NCBI GenBank assembly: GCA_001949185.1
Contig: BDGG01000008.1
Location: 1,612,001-1,676,000, forward strand
Reading direction: 5' to 3'
DNA: 64,000 nt
Source of the DNA: Ramazzottius varieornatus
Lineage: Eukaryota > Animalia > Tardigrada
Positions 38,182-51,608 of the stretch are shown one piece after another. Made by a program: the position numbers and the translations under genes. Each line of letters opens with the position of its first letter. Position 1 is the first letter of the stretch. The notes beneath the pieces are model-generated. The model was not told the origin of the DNA, ran no database searches, and saw only the letters and a list, made by a program, of their open reading frames with translations.

Positions 38182-40548
38182 CACTTGTGATGGCTACACA
38201 AACCAATAGATTGTTGAATCGATAGCTATCAAAACATGTAGCTACGTGATTCAATAGCTCCCTAGAACGGTGACCGCATTTGCCGCCCATTTTTATACTT
38301 TCAGACCACCAAGGTAACATAGTCGTCTTCTAGAGAAAGGACAGCTTTCAAAAAACTTTGACAGTACAGTTCCACACTTCCTTCAGATATTCCAGAATGT
38401 CGCGCGATCTTGCCCACAGGTATGCCTTCGCTGCCGAGACGAAGACGACGAATTGATATTCAGGACGAGATTTATATGATATTTTGCGATAAATCTTTCG
38501 GTATTGATATTTCGTTTTCGATATGAAATACGTATCGATATTCGATATGCTAGGTTCCTGATATCCCATTTTCGATATATCTAATTTTATTGCAGTGATA
38601 TACGGGGTAGAGAACGTAATTCGGGCATAGCGATTTTCGCATCATAATTCAGGCAAATTTTTTCTCAGCTCCTGCTGGGCTGCTGCATGTACTGACGTGT
38701 ATATTGTTTCCAAGCTCCAAACAGGTTTGGGAACAAAGAAAGTTTGTAAGTCAGAAGAATCTGTCGTGACAGAGAAACGGGTCTGCCCAACTCAGCCAAC
38801 CAAAGTCTGTCGTCACTCACCTAGGTACGACAACTGTTTAGTTCGCCGCAGCAAAGATGGCTACATGTCCATGATGTAATACGGACGAGGCTGCGCTGCT
38901 AGCGCGACCCCGAACCGGTGCATTGATTCCCGATTTCTCCATTGCTAGTTTGCTGTTCGCCGACATATCAGGGATATATCCACACAACGTGATGTGATAT
39001 TTTCAGTTAATGAAACTATTCATGATAGGTCGTCTGGTCGCATCGATGGGTGACGTCGATACGGCTAGACTCGAGGTGGTACACAGTCTGGGTGTGACAA
39101 CAAGGAGGAAGTGACGGCTCGGTACATCAGCCTTCCACCTGTTCCTCTGAGCTGCACCGGTCCCGTCAGCGAGCTCAGACCCTTTTCTATTAAGAAATGA
39201 AAACAGAAGAGCATGAAGGATGGGATGACAGGTGAGCAATTCGCAAGATGCAAAAGGCGCGAGTGAAACTATGATTTCAGAATGTTCCATCGAGAAGACT
39301 TCACGAACATGTTCATGCGGGTCAATCTCTGCCGGAAAACAGGTGGAGCTAACACCCGGACGTGGCGAATGACTGGATGGGGTCAGCGAACAAGGAAGCA
39401 AAATGGGCTGACCGGCAACAGTACATGACTGTATGCAATGTACATGTATTAATACATTGGACCTGTTTCGCAAGTCATGTTTTCGGCTTGCACAGCATAA
39501 GTATAGGTTTTATGCTGTGCAGTTATCCACGGCTTATGTTTTGCCTAATATCGCTGCACAGAACTTGAAATTCTGTGCAAGCGCAATTGATTGTACTATT
39601 GCCCACTTTGGTCGAAATTTGAAATTTTGGTGGAGTGGACCGTGATCAGACCAATCAGCGAATTGGACTTGGCGCGTCAAGTGATCCGAGCTACACGCCT
39701 CTCCCACATTGCGCCACTTGACTTCCGCTTTCGTTCCTTCTCGACATCCATCATGTGTTCGACCGAAACTAGCATTGAAGTTAGGAAGACATAATTGTCT
39801 TCCCGAAACTATTGCCAGAAAAGCGAAAGAAGTCCGGGCTTTATCCAGTGGAAGGATAAATGAGAGGCCCCGTGAATTCCGATGCCCTGCTGAATTCGCG
39901 CGGCCTAATATCCCTTTATGCTAATATTCTGTGCCAGAAGTGAGGAAACTGCGAAATGGTTTCTGCACAGAAACTGACACAGTGTAAAATCATGAGATTT
40001 CATTCTATTCAGAGCCGAAACATGACTTGCGAAACAGGTCTGTTGATCGCATACACGAACCAAAACAGTCCAGGGAGAACTCGATGTCCGGTCGGGTAAT
40101 CATAAGAAGTGAAGACGCTTATCATTCGAAAACATGAACCAACATTATTGCTAAATATAATAATTTTGGATTATCGTATTCTGCTCAGCTATATCCCCGC
40201 CATATTGATATTCCGATATGATATGTTGGCATATCGGATCACTGCGATGTGATATATTTCGATAAAATACGATGTATATTATATTGATATTTATTCCAGT
40301 TGGCTTGGCCGCCCTGTATTCGTGGGCTGGCGGCAGATGACTACCGGAAACCGAACGATGCTGGGGCTGATCAATGTGTCTACTTCGACCTCGATAATAA
40401 TCGATCTCGATTCAGTTCTTTCGAGGTTTGCGCTAAAAAATGCTCGGCTTCGCATCACCCATTTTGTCGACGAAAATTTGCCCGCTGAAACAGACGATGG
40501 ATTGGGTGCACAGATAAATGCTTGCAGACTCAGTGCGCGGTTCTAGAC

Positions 40549-40940
40549 TAGAGCCCTGCAACGTGCAGCACGTTCTGCACTGCACTAAATTTTACTGCAA
40601 TGCAGTGCAGTTGCAGTCGCCGAAATGGTGGGAAAATGCAGTTGCAGTGCAGTTGCATTTTTCAGAAAACGAGCACCGTTCGTCACAGTACACTTTTTTT
40701 GCCCCAAAACAGTAGTAAAATTAGCTTTTTTCCGCATTTTCTGGCCGGATTCTACCATTTTTCGGTTAAATCCCCGTAAAACAACGACGTATACAATGTG
40801 TTCGACAAGTGTTTCCGTTGGCAGGCAGAAACTCTGGATTTTTAAATGCAGTGCAGTACAGTTGCAGTTTGGAAAACAGCAGAAAATTGCAGATGCAGTG
40901 CAGAAGCAGCACAGGTTTCAGCTACTGCTGCAGGGCTCTA
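40549..40940. mobile_element. hAT-type MITE, 392 bp, TGCAG-rich
   Basis: TIR TAGAGCCCTGCA / TGCAGGGCTCTA; 8-bp TSD TTCTAGAC / TTCTAGAT. Confidence 0.92.
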
Positions 40941-41648
40941 TTCTAGATACTTAACCCATTGCCGTATAGCGATCGAGATTGTAAAGCGACCGCTGATGTC
41001 AGTAAAATCAGAATTTTCAAAGCGAACAAATTTGAACAACTCAGCACAATCTTCTTTCATGAGCAATGTGCCGCGACGTTATGTTTCAGACCGATAAACA
41101 GTCTAGATTTGCCCACCTCGTTGCTTTGTGCTTACGTACCTGTACTTCGAGCTTTCGTCAAACCAGACTAGGTATAGCTACGACGTTAAACTTGCTAACC
41201 GCGAAGCGTTTCATATCCAGCTGATGTACCGTACGCTCCAGATGATCGACAGCCGAATATTTCAGCGAGCACCTCCTTCCGTCCGCTGACCCCAGCCCCG
41301 CGCCATTTGCCTACTTGAGCATGTCGTATGACGGGTTTCCAAGTGGATAGTTCTGCAGCATTACACAAGTTTTCATATGCACACATACGTACTACGGACC
41401 ATGGTGTTACACAAGACAAGTCCTCACGCAAAATTACCATATGCTTGCTAGCTGCACCGATCAGAAAAGTTACGACTATAGCACTGATCACCCACATGCA
41501 ATCGTCGCGGGGTTTTGGGTGCGCGACGATGTCGGAAAGGTTCCCACCTGTTGCGTCCAGCTTGAGAAGTGAGCTGTAGATGTCGAGCCAATCCCCCATC
41601 CCAACACAGCCATCACCGCCAACTGTTTACACTCTGTAAGACGGGAAT

Positions 41649-42947
41649 ATGTCTTCCAGGTATGGCGACCTGTACAGTGAGACGTCCTACCAGATGTACC
41701 ATGCCAGCTACGCGAGGAATGCCAAGGCCATAGGAGTGCTATGGGCCATATTCACCGTGTGTTTCGCCATCATCAACATCGTTGCTTTTGTGCAACCCCA
41801 GTGGATCGGCGACACATTGGCTAGTCCAGGTACGTCACTAATTTTTATGAACTCTGAGTTCGTGTTTCCGTTGAGAGGTTTTTGCAATGGACAGGTACGG
41901 GACATTTTGGACTGTACAGATATTGTCGCTGGACGGGTCTCGGTATCGAGTTGAGCTGCGATGGAACGCTAAGTATGCAACTTAATTTTTGAGTGTAGTT
42001 GTTAACCTGTTGACACAGCCGAGTACAATGGATTTCTCTTGCACAGATGATTTCTCAACAATACCCAGTCATGCTTTCCGCGCCAGCACCGTCTTCGTTG
42101 GAATTTCCGCCTTGATCATCCTGATATGCATCTGCGTCATGATACTTTTCTTCTTCCTCCATCCAGCCACCGTCTATCAGATTTGCGCATGGCTACAAGC
42201 TGTCTCTGGTATGCACTAGTACGGAAACTTTACAGACCTGGTATTGAACTTCCCTCGCCCGGATCGTTTTCCCAAGTGGCGCACGCTTCCATTGTTATCG
42301 GCTGCGAGCGTCCACCAGTTGGCAAAACGATCTGGGTGATTTCATTTATCCATTTCGCTTTGAAGAAATTAATGTCAAAGTCCATTCTGGATTTTTAGCG
42401 GTCCTAATGTTCTTGGGCGTGGTTATCTATCCTTCGGGCTGGGATCATCCGGTCGTGCGGTCCGTGTGCGGAAACGATGCCGTCAAATATTATCCAGGCG
42501 GATGTGGAATACGCTGGGCCTACATTCTGGCCATTCTTGGCATGTTCGACGCCATCGTTCTGTCGGCTCTGGCTTTCGTTCTGGGTACGCGGTACATTCG
42601 ACTTTCGGAAACCATCCCTAACCTGTCACGAGCGCCCTCTATGTACAAAGGTAAGTCGAAACTTTCGTAATGCACCTGTATATGGATTAATCGCACACCC
42701 CACGTAATGGCAATCACCAAGTGGATTATGCAAACTCTGTGTTGATCTAGGTGACGTGAACTCGGCGTACACAGGAACCGGTGTTCCAGCTGATGCTCAG
42801 TCTGTCATCTCAAGACGGTCGATGAATCTCCAACCGGTACTATATCCAGCTGGTCAACATGACGGTCAGAAAATGTCAGAGTTTACCGCACGCCGATCAA
42901 ATAGCAAGGGACGAACACCGGACAGAGAAGATCGCTTTCAGTTATAG
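41649..42947 (+). CDS. LHFPL: LHFPL tetraspan (TMHS / LHFPL3-4-5 group), multi-exon
   Basis: [87 protein letters not shown]. Confidence 0.95.
42273..42321. repeat. 49-bp palindromic element, 1 unit, LHFPL intron
   Basis: caagtggcgcac-gcttccattgttatcggctgcgagc-gtccaccagttg; outer gatcgtttt / aaaacgatc. Confidence 0.88.
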
Positions 42948-43414
42948 ATCTGCCTTCACGAACCTCTGAATCTGAAATAACCACGGCAGAAAGCTTTTGT
43001 ATCCTGTACTACTTATATGAACTTGTCATGCTCCATTTTGATCTAAATGGCAGGGCTATGATTATGTGTAACAAACAGAATAGCTTCGCAGTAAATGACA
43101 TTAAGTAAGCGTACCACGGTACTGTACAGTGTATCTTATTCAACATCTGTGTGGTTCCCCTCGATCAAAATCATCACGATCGCGTATACGCTTCCTCCGA
43201 ACAAGTTCAGCAGCCGGTTCTAGTGTTTGACAATGACAAGCAAGAATGAGACGGCAATGGCGGTAGACAGCTAGTACAAACCAAGAAGAAATCGAAATCT
43301 GTTAGTCATTTCGCATAGTCTCTGATACCCTAGACAATGTCAAACGCCATGTCTGTCAGGTTCCTTCGGATGTTCATGTACATTTGTAGTTCATTTGCGA
43401 ATTACAGAACCTTC

Positions 43415-46022
43415 TTAGTGGTGCATCGTCTCGTCAAAAATGAACTTCACGAGCTCGGGTTTCTTGAGGACGCGGGGCGGCTTCACCTGCAAAATGCAGA
43501 TTATAATTTCTATAAAACGTCAACTGCTTATGTCTCCATGCAGAGTACTCTGCTGTGGGATCATTGGCTAACCTGCGAAGGTGATGCGGAAGAGTTCTCC
43601 AACAAGTACTCTCTCAGTCTTTCGAAAGCGCCAGGCTTCACCAGGAACACCTTCGGTGGAGACAACGCTCCGCCATCTCTGTAGTACTTGTACATTTCAT
43701 GACCTTCGTACAAGTACTTCTCCACCTGCAACAGGTGCAACTTCTATCCAGGCTGTTCACTGCGCGCTGAAAGGTACGGACTAAATACTGCTTACGAGAA
43801 CTGAAAGTCTTAGAGCCAGTCCGCTTCCAGTAGCCTCTTTAGGATTCTTCATATCCAGCTCCAAGAACAGGACATAGTGAGGAGCCCGATGTTCATAAGT
43901 TTTTCTGTGTACAACGCTGTCGAATATCACGCTTTCGCACGAGGTGAAATCCGCCACACCCTTGATGTCTTCGGAGAGCTCTGCAGCGGCGCTCATGATG
44001 GAGTTATACAAAATGCCTTCGGGCAATTTCTCTGAGCGAATGTTGAGCAGCTCCCCAGTTCGGTGGAGGAAAGTAACCACTGGCCATTTATTGTAGAACT
44101 CTTCGATGCGCACAACATCTGGCATCGTAAAGCGGAAGATTTTTTCACAGTCTTGACGTTTAAATACGAAAGTAGTCTAACCTCCAATACGATATCGATA
44201 CAGGCCGCACGGACTGGTCACAACTAGTTCATATTCCTGGTTGAGCTGGACCTACCAAGGATGGTCAAATATTGGTCACGGATTAGATATATCAATTTAT
44301 GGAACATGTCGGGTTGCGAATACGTACTTCGTCTGCGAATACAGTTTTCGGCTGTTCCTCGTGCATATCGCTCACTGGAATGAACTCGAAGAATATCTTG
44401 TAAGGTGCAAGGAGCCATACCGAAGGATGCCGGTTGGGCCAGATGTTGATACCCAGCCATCCTTCGGTCGCCATATAGAATGCCCCATAGAATGGGACAC
44501 CTGCCGAACTTTTACAGATACATATTGGTATAATGCCGTGCTCGAGTATTTCAGGATGAGGATAGGGTTTCCTCACCTTTGAAGTATGTGTCTTTCAGAA
44601 TTTTCCCGTAATGGGCGAAAGCTCCCGATGTAATGGTATACACAAGGCCCAGCTTTGGCCATATGCGCTTAGCAATGCCAGCCATACCTGAAAGTGCTCG
44701 AAGGTGCATACGGTGCTTATTGGCACTACATTCCGATTACAGCTGTTTACCCTTGTCGAACTCTCTTTGAAGTTCGTCTGCTCGTTTCGGGTCAGGTTTC
44801 AAGTGCTTCTGCAGACCCTGCCTCTGCTCTTCTGTTAGAACCAAATTTTTCTTCAAAGTGCCATCTCGAATGTCCTTGACCAGTTCCGGCCACCACGCTT
44901 CCATATCATGAAAAACAAAGTACAGTATGGAGGCGAAAGGAGTATCAACCGAGGGTAGCTGCCGAAACCGCAGGCCAAAGAGCAGATGGACGTAACGCGT
45001 GGACGTCTCATCCGCGATGGAGTAGGCTATGCGCGGACTGGTAAATACTTCTCCCTTCAACATGGCCTTGAAGAAATAACTGGTGAACGGTCCGAAGGCT
45101 GTACCATCCGCCGTGTAACGGAGAGCTTCCGGATTGAAATATAGATACATTTTCTGAAAATGAAAGTTCGATCCATCACTATCCAAACATACTCAAGTGA
45201 CCGACACTCATGTGTGGAGTCGACAAGCGATTTTCACCCAGATTGCCATCTCAAGTGACGACGCACCTCTCCCTTGTTGTTAGCCGAGAGCTTGCGCCAC
45301 TTGGACAAGCGATCTGGGTTAGTGTGTTTGACGTGGTACCGGATGTTGAACTTACGCGTTTCAGCAACCGAATTTGGGGAATCGTCGGTGCTACCTTATT
45401 CAAGATCATTGGGATGGCACAGAAGAGGATAGTCTTCAGCTGAGATTTCAAGAAGGGTATTCTGTTGCTTTTACCAGTGGTCCCTGACGTAAAGGCGAAC
45501 AAGACCGGCTTCTCTTTCGAGAGTATATTCGTCTCGCCATTGGTCAGCATTCGTTCGCAATAAGGTTCGAAATGTTGGTACTTGCACAAAGGGTGGACGC
45601 TGCGAAACTCTTCTCTGTTTGAGACCTTATCCAGACCATACTTGCGGCTGTATTCGGTGCCGGCATTTGTGCGCAACAAGTCGCGCAATGTATCTTCCTG
45701 TGTCTTCTTGGGATTCTTAGTCACTCTGGTAACTTCCCAGTCGACATAGTACCCTCGAACAGTCAGGATTATGTTCACAGCGAACCTCTGTAAGGCGATG
45801 CGGAAGGGCAATGTGCGATCGACGAAGAGCAGCGCACCGACAACCAGGAGGGAAGCCAGCGCAAGGATCCCGCCTACGACAGAAACAGCTCAAATTGCTG
45901 AATCCGAGAAAGGTTTGCAGCTACAATATCCGTCGGCTTGATTGGTGGCTCTTACTCCCAAGGTATTTCCAGAAACCGGTCGTGAGGCCATATTTTGCAA
46001 GCAAAGGAACAAGACCCGACAT
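43415..46022 (-). CDS. GHDC: GH3-domain-containing protein with N-terminal membrane anchor
   Basis: TQEDTLRDLLRTNAGTEYSRKYGL, FTSGTTGKSNRIP, FYMATEGWLGINIWP, FFEFIP, GELLNIRSEK, VKPPRVLK. Confidence 0.82.
45252..45303. repeat. Palindromic element, 1 unit, GHDC intron
   Basis: caagtgacgacgcac-N25-ttgcgccacttg; outer acccagat / atctgggt. Confidence 0.8.
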
Positions 46023-46348
46023 AAACAATATTAACGCAAATGAATTTCTGGAGACTATCATTTTAAACAAGAAAAATCCCTAGCAAATACCCAGCTTGAA
46101 ATTTGAACTCGGAAAATTTCCGTGCTGTCTAGAAAAGCGAGCTGCTATCTTTCCTCCACGCAATCGTCTGACTTGCCTCTGTTGTGCAGACTGCTGCTAT
46201 TAACTGAAAACTGGGTGGCATATCTTCCGATAACCTCTGATAAGGCCTTGTTGGCTATCGGTCGGAAAGACATTCAGCTTGTCCTGCAAAATTCGCAGGG
46301 AACTGTGACTGACTTCAGGTGAACGAGACGAGAAAATAGGTGTCGCCA

Positions 46349-48926
46349 TCAGACGCGGATAGAGTCACTGCCTGGAAATGTAAAGACGAAATAGTCGTCG
46401 ATTTCCCGGTTGTATTTGGTCGAGACCTGGAACACCCAGATGATGTATTGGTGATTAAGTCGACGAAACACTCTTGAAAGCTGGAAACTTACATCGAAGC
46501 CATTCTTGGCAAACCTTTCTTTCAATGTTTCATGATAGTCAGCGCATCTCGTCTTTGGCAGCCCGATCAGGTACTTGGGCGTCTCAAAGATGACTCGTGC
46601 TCCGGGGCGCAACATGCGCATCAGTCCGGTCAGTGAGTCGAGTAGCGAACTGCAAAGAAATACAAGTCCCGATCAGTGTACAGGCTGAAAAGATGTAATG
46701 CCGGTATGCGGCGACAGACAGGCCGCCATTCCGCGCTAAATTTGCAAAAGACTTACTGCCCTCCCACATATGCGACGTCAAAAAGTCCCCGATATTTTTC
46801 TTTATCACTGATCACCGAGTTGTTAACGGGAGGAAGAAACACGATCCTATATCGAGACTTCCAGTCAAGAAGGGCGTCGCCATCCGTACTGTCCGCCTCG
46901 ACTGTAGAAGAAACCACTCAGATATCGAACACACAACTCATCGTGGAGAAAACGACTAATGGAATTCCACCTCCATACAGTCGAAAGATGTTCGCTGTTA
47001 CTGTAGACGAGAAGCTAATATTGAACGGCAAATACCGGATTCCGTGATTTCTGTGAGCGTTGCTTCTTTTTTCTCCGACGAATTGTCAGGCTTTTCTAGC
47101 GCAAATATCATTTGGAGGTAGTCCATCAGAACGTTCTGTGAGGCAATTTCGGACGACTACAAAAGACAACGGTTATATACAGTGCATGATACATTAGCGC
47201 TGACCCCTTCTCCTGAGCTGATTTTTTTCTGAGTGTGAGAAACGTACCACGGTGTCGATATCGTTGCGGACTTTCCGGTACTTCAGGGCGTCTTCACCCA
47301 GTCCGAAGGCGACGAAAGGGCTGGTCAGCATGTCACCCCAATATCCTTCCATGTCGTACTTACTATCCTTCTAGAGTCATGTCAAAACATTCCGGTTTAC
47401 TCCTCATCTCTCATATATGGAACAGAGACTGCGACGAAAACCGAAAGCTCCGCAAACAAACTCGACATAACAGTTCTCCCACGTGGCGCACGTATTTATC
47501 ATTTCCGGTCGAAAAAGTGCGCCATGCACTTGGGAGAAAAATTTTATCTAGTTTGTCTGCCTGTGAAGCTGTGACAAAAATTCTACTCGGTACCTGACTG
47601 ACAGATAGACTACTGAGAAGAGTTCTGTTTGGAAAGGAATACGCCGCGCTGTCCCTTGACTCGAAAGCTATACCGGTTTCTCGCCATCGATAATATACTG
47701 GTCCAGTTATCATCTTGCCCTATTGAGATGAACGAAACTCAATACAAACCTATTACGGAGCTTGACCGGGAGCTCCACTGCAAGGGTACTTTGACTTACG
47801 TACTCCCACGTCACTCAGGTTCATAGCGTAGTCCCAGTCGTAAGCTCCGACGCGGTGGTCATAACGGGCTTCCAGATCACGTCGGCTGCGAGCCTCCCTG
47901 CAAGAAACCAAGTCCATGCACTCAAAAGTTTGTTGGGCGTGATAGTATCTGTTCATTAACGATCTGCTTACCACGATTTTGCGTAATCTCGCTCGTCCTT
48001 CTTTACGTTGATCCACCTCTTGAAAATTTTCTCCAGCTCGTCCTTGTCCTTATACTGACGAAAAGTCGGTTATTAGTACTCTGTGCACAAACCAAAGTTG
48101 AACCCGACTACGAGCATCGAGATGGGCGTACTCGAAGGTGCGACAGGTCGAACACGCAAAACTCTTCTTTGCCGTGTTTGTCGCCCGTAACCAGCCTGTG
48201 AATCACAAGCAAAAACCGTCAGAAAAGTGGGCTCCCAACAGTGACATCAGCTGACCTTGCTCGACTACTGAAGGAGCCACTGTAGTGCTCGGCATCAGAA
48301 CACCCTGGTATTATTACAGTCGCATGTCACCTTATCAGATCCTCCGTTTTCTTTTGCAAAAACTGCCTTGTCTGCTCGCGAATTTTGAGATCGCCGAATA
48401 TCTCCAGGAAAAGTTCCACTTTCGCTGAAACACATACCAAGGTGATAAACTGATGAGAGCAAAAACAGAAGGCGGTTTTCGCAAGGTTTCCGTCCACACT
48501 TCCAAGCCTTGCAATGTCAAGCAGTGGCGCTTACTTACTGTGATAACCAAGCAGTGCAGGCGACTCGAAAACTATCGAAAATAGCAGAAGGTTCCGAGCA
48601 ATGTTCTCCAGCGTGGGATCCAAGTGGTAAAACTGTAACGACCCAAAACACTACTTAGTCCTTATAGGCACAATAGTGAAAGGTCATCGTGAAATTTATC
48701 AACGCACTTGGACACGCCCGTCTTTGTTTCTGCAGCGATCCACTGCCATACTTTTGAGTACATGGCGACAATCTCCAGCTGAACACAGCAAAACCTTAAG
48801 CCATCCTCCTTCGCCTTCGCGGTTCACTCCGGGTGCTGCATAAGACGAAACATCTAACGCTGGAGTGATACCCCAGAACGAAACGAGGCCGTGACCTGTC
48901 AACTTCAAAGGCTTTGAGGCCGCCAT
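46349..48926 (-). CDS. DNAAF3: Dynein axonemal assembly factor 3, multi-exon
   Basis: GHGLVSFWGITPALD, VLLCSAGDCRHVLKS, RYDHRVGAYDWDYAMNL, YYRWRETGIAFE, GYWGDMLTSPFVAFG, VIFETPKYL. Confidence 0.92.
47480..47532. repeat. Palindromic element, 1 unit, DNAAF3 intron
   Basis: cacgtggcgcac-N25-gtgcgccatgcacttg. Confidence 0.8.
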
Positions 48927-49379
48927 TTTCGCAAAACAAAAATCTTGAAATATTCAGCGCGGCTTTCTGCCGTATACTTTCTTCGATCGACACCAACCTC
49001 AGGTGCAACACAGCTCGTACAAATGGTTCGAATGTTGCTAAGTCGAGTTGGCGCTGGCTCCGAACTGTAAACCGGAAGTCGGACCATTTTTCTTTGATTA
49101 TTATGTCTGTCCAAGTTTAGTCAGAATGTGAAAAGTTTTGACACAATGGGCGTGCGGGCAGTCGAACAGCCAGACAAGATCATGGATAAAACAATTGGTA
49201 CGACGTTCGTACTAAAGCGCAATGCGCAGGAGAACAGACCTACCTAGTGGGGTTAGACTAGAATAGCCTAACCCTACTAGACAGCTCGACAGGATAGCAA
49301 AAGCTGTACGGAGCAATTTCAATCGGCGATGAAAGACTAGAAGGCTCATTTGTTATCGACACTAACACGGAGAACTAAA

Positions 49380-50529
49380 TCACCGCGGCTCATCGTCGTT
49401 TCCCGGTTGGTTGGGTTGATTAGGGACATCCTGACCCCACTGAAAGCCACCGGGACGTTCTTCAGGCAAAGGCTCATAGCGTTCCTCGACTCGTTGGTCA
49501 AAGAGATACTTCCTGCAACAGGCAACGACCTCAAACTTATGATTAGCACGACCCTCAAAACAAGAGCTATTTACAGAATCCACGGAGTCTTCAAGACGCG
49601 GAAGCCGCCAGGTTGTCTCGGGAAAACGTCCTCTAGGTAGTAATAAATGTGACCGATAGCGATGCCTGAAGCACACGAAGTAAGAAAGTTCCATACTCAT
49701 AGAACGAGAAAAGGGTCATCGGTTCGTATAGGAAAAGAATTTCTACCTAGGACGTCAACTGCGACAGAGTTCCCGAGTAAGAGAGAAAAGCCCAGAAGCA
49801 CCCACGGCAAGTACGGTGCTTGGAAGTTAAACAGTCCAAAGAAGTTCATTCGCACCAACGGGTTCCTTCTCGCCCACACATAAACCAGCATGATGGTAAA
49901 AGCTTGTCCGAGGAACAGAATCTGGACGAAAACCCCTGTGATCTGTAAAAACAACCAGCACACACAGTCGGATTTTAACAGTACGAGATAGCACATAACA
50001 GATTCAAAACAAGCCCTATGACGTCATCGCGAATAGGCTTTTCCACGAGCCGCGATGACAAAGCATGATCGATTTTACTCTGGCAGCGTTGACACGTCAA
50101 CGGAATGCCTACCAATCAACAATCAACCCTGATAGCACTTACACACATAAGGATTCCTCCGAATATGAACATGCACAGGAAATCTGCAGTCTTGCCATGA
50201 TAGTGATTTTCCTCCAGCATTCGACAGTATCGATAAGTGAAGATCAGGTTGAAGAGAAAGTTGAAGCCGAAGGAACCGAAGTAAAGGAAGGTGCTGAGCA
50301 GACGCCAGACTTGAAACTTCCGGAAGATGAGGCTGGGATTGTAGTACAGCTGGAACGGTGTCACCAGATCCAAATGCTACAACGAGAACGGTCAAGTCTC
50401 TTCCACCTGAAAACAAAGTTGAAGTCTCAGGCTTACCGTAAGAATGGTGGTAAGGACACACGCTGTGGTGTACCATCGCGTAACCGGAGGAATCCTGAAG
50501 AATTGCTCTTGGATAGTGACGTGAGCCAT
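49380..50529 (-). CDS. DERL2: Derlin-2/3 (ERAD rhomboid pseudoprotease)
   Basis: [70 protein letters not shown]. Confidence 0.96.
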
Positions 50530-50967
50530 CGTTCTCGCTCCAACCTACAAACACTCCACGATAGCCCCTGCTATAGTCAGCTTCCTCCGCGCATATCTAC
50601 AGCAAACTCTTGTTCGAAAGTAGTGCTTTCGGAGCAGAGAATCACTTTTTCTTCGAGACTCTAGAGTCGCGAGTCGAGACAAACGACAGAAAAAATTCCA
50701 TATCGATTGGCCCAATCAAGACGTTGCAATCAACTGTATTCGACTATACCACGTGGTCGATGAGCAACTACAGAAGAGTAACTTTCATGTGATTCCACGG
50801 TTAGGACACGATGTCTTCTGATCAGCTGATCGATAATGCTTGTCATTGCTTGAATTTGAAAGTTGTCCACTGTACAGTAACCTTTTAATCTTTTCATTGT
50901 CTTGTTTTGCAGGTTTCCTTCTTGTAGAAGAATCTCTTCTTGTCGAGGGATAAGATCTTGCTCCGGT

Positions 50968-51454
50968 ATGGTGAACATCGTGTCGTGGGACGAGTTCTCG
51001 AAACAAGCGGAGGAGTTGTATCTGTCAGACCCTAGCAAGGCACGGATAGCTTCTTGCAGTTACCAGTGTTGTCGATCAGATTCTGACGCTTCCACCTGGG
51101 TTGAAAATCGTTAACCTGCAGTCTTACATCAATCAATGTTTTTTTCAGGCAAGGTTTACGATGAAGTTTCGCGAAGCTGATGCAGCTGTGGTTTTGAAGA
51201 TGACCGACGATGCTAAAGTACGCCATCAACCATTCAACCCAGTTACTTACCTTTTGTCATACACTGCGCCATTCGAACGAATGACTATGTGTGTTGCCAT
51301 TGTGGGGTGTTTTATCTTCATGCTTTCGCTCAGTGACAGATGACAAGCCTTTGGTTTTTCTTTTCAGTGTTTGAAATATTTGGGAACGACTTCGCGCGAC
51401 GTCAAACGAGCCGAGAAATTCTGTTCTTTGATTATGAAGCATATGGCATCATAA
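50968..51454 (+). CDS. SRP9: Signal recognition particle 9 kDa protein, 3 exons
   Basis: Exons 50968-51039, 51149-51217 and 51368-51454: SWDEFSKQAEELYLSDPSK|ARFTMKFR...LKMTDDAK|CLKY...DVKRAEKF; 75 aa. Confidence 0.92.
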
Positions 51455-51608
51455 CGGTACGTCATTGGTCGATCCTCACATCCAAAATGTCGCTAAAGAA
51501 CTTCCGGATGAGGTTCTCGAAAGCGCGATCTAGCAGCAGTCTCTATGCATGTCACATTTCATATATACGTCAAGAAGTCAAGTTAAAGTGAATGAAGCTG
51601 CGTTCCCC

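Larger units (their letters stand above)
36678..38287. mobile_element. Old non-autonomous element with long imperfect TIRs, hosting nested insertions
   Basis: atgcggtcgccgtt (36683) / aacggtgaccgcat (38266); tttgtgtagccatca (about 36760) / tgatggctacacaaa (about 38188). Confidence 0.6.

Noticed and set aside
39667-39720. Half-sites of the palindrome (also near 4107, 37657 and 48522)
   Set aside because: Only one credible arm each, so excluded from the counts.
38455-40300. GATAT/ATATC-rich patches near 38455-38600, 38960-39000 and 40190-40295
   Set aside because: Possibly subterminal repeats of a decayed element, but no termini could be defined.
43415-46022. GH3 gene as a horizontal transfer from plants or bacteria
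   Set aside because: Animals have GHDC; this gene has multiple introns and an N-terminal anchor. A phylogeny would be needed to claim transfer.
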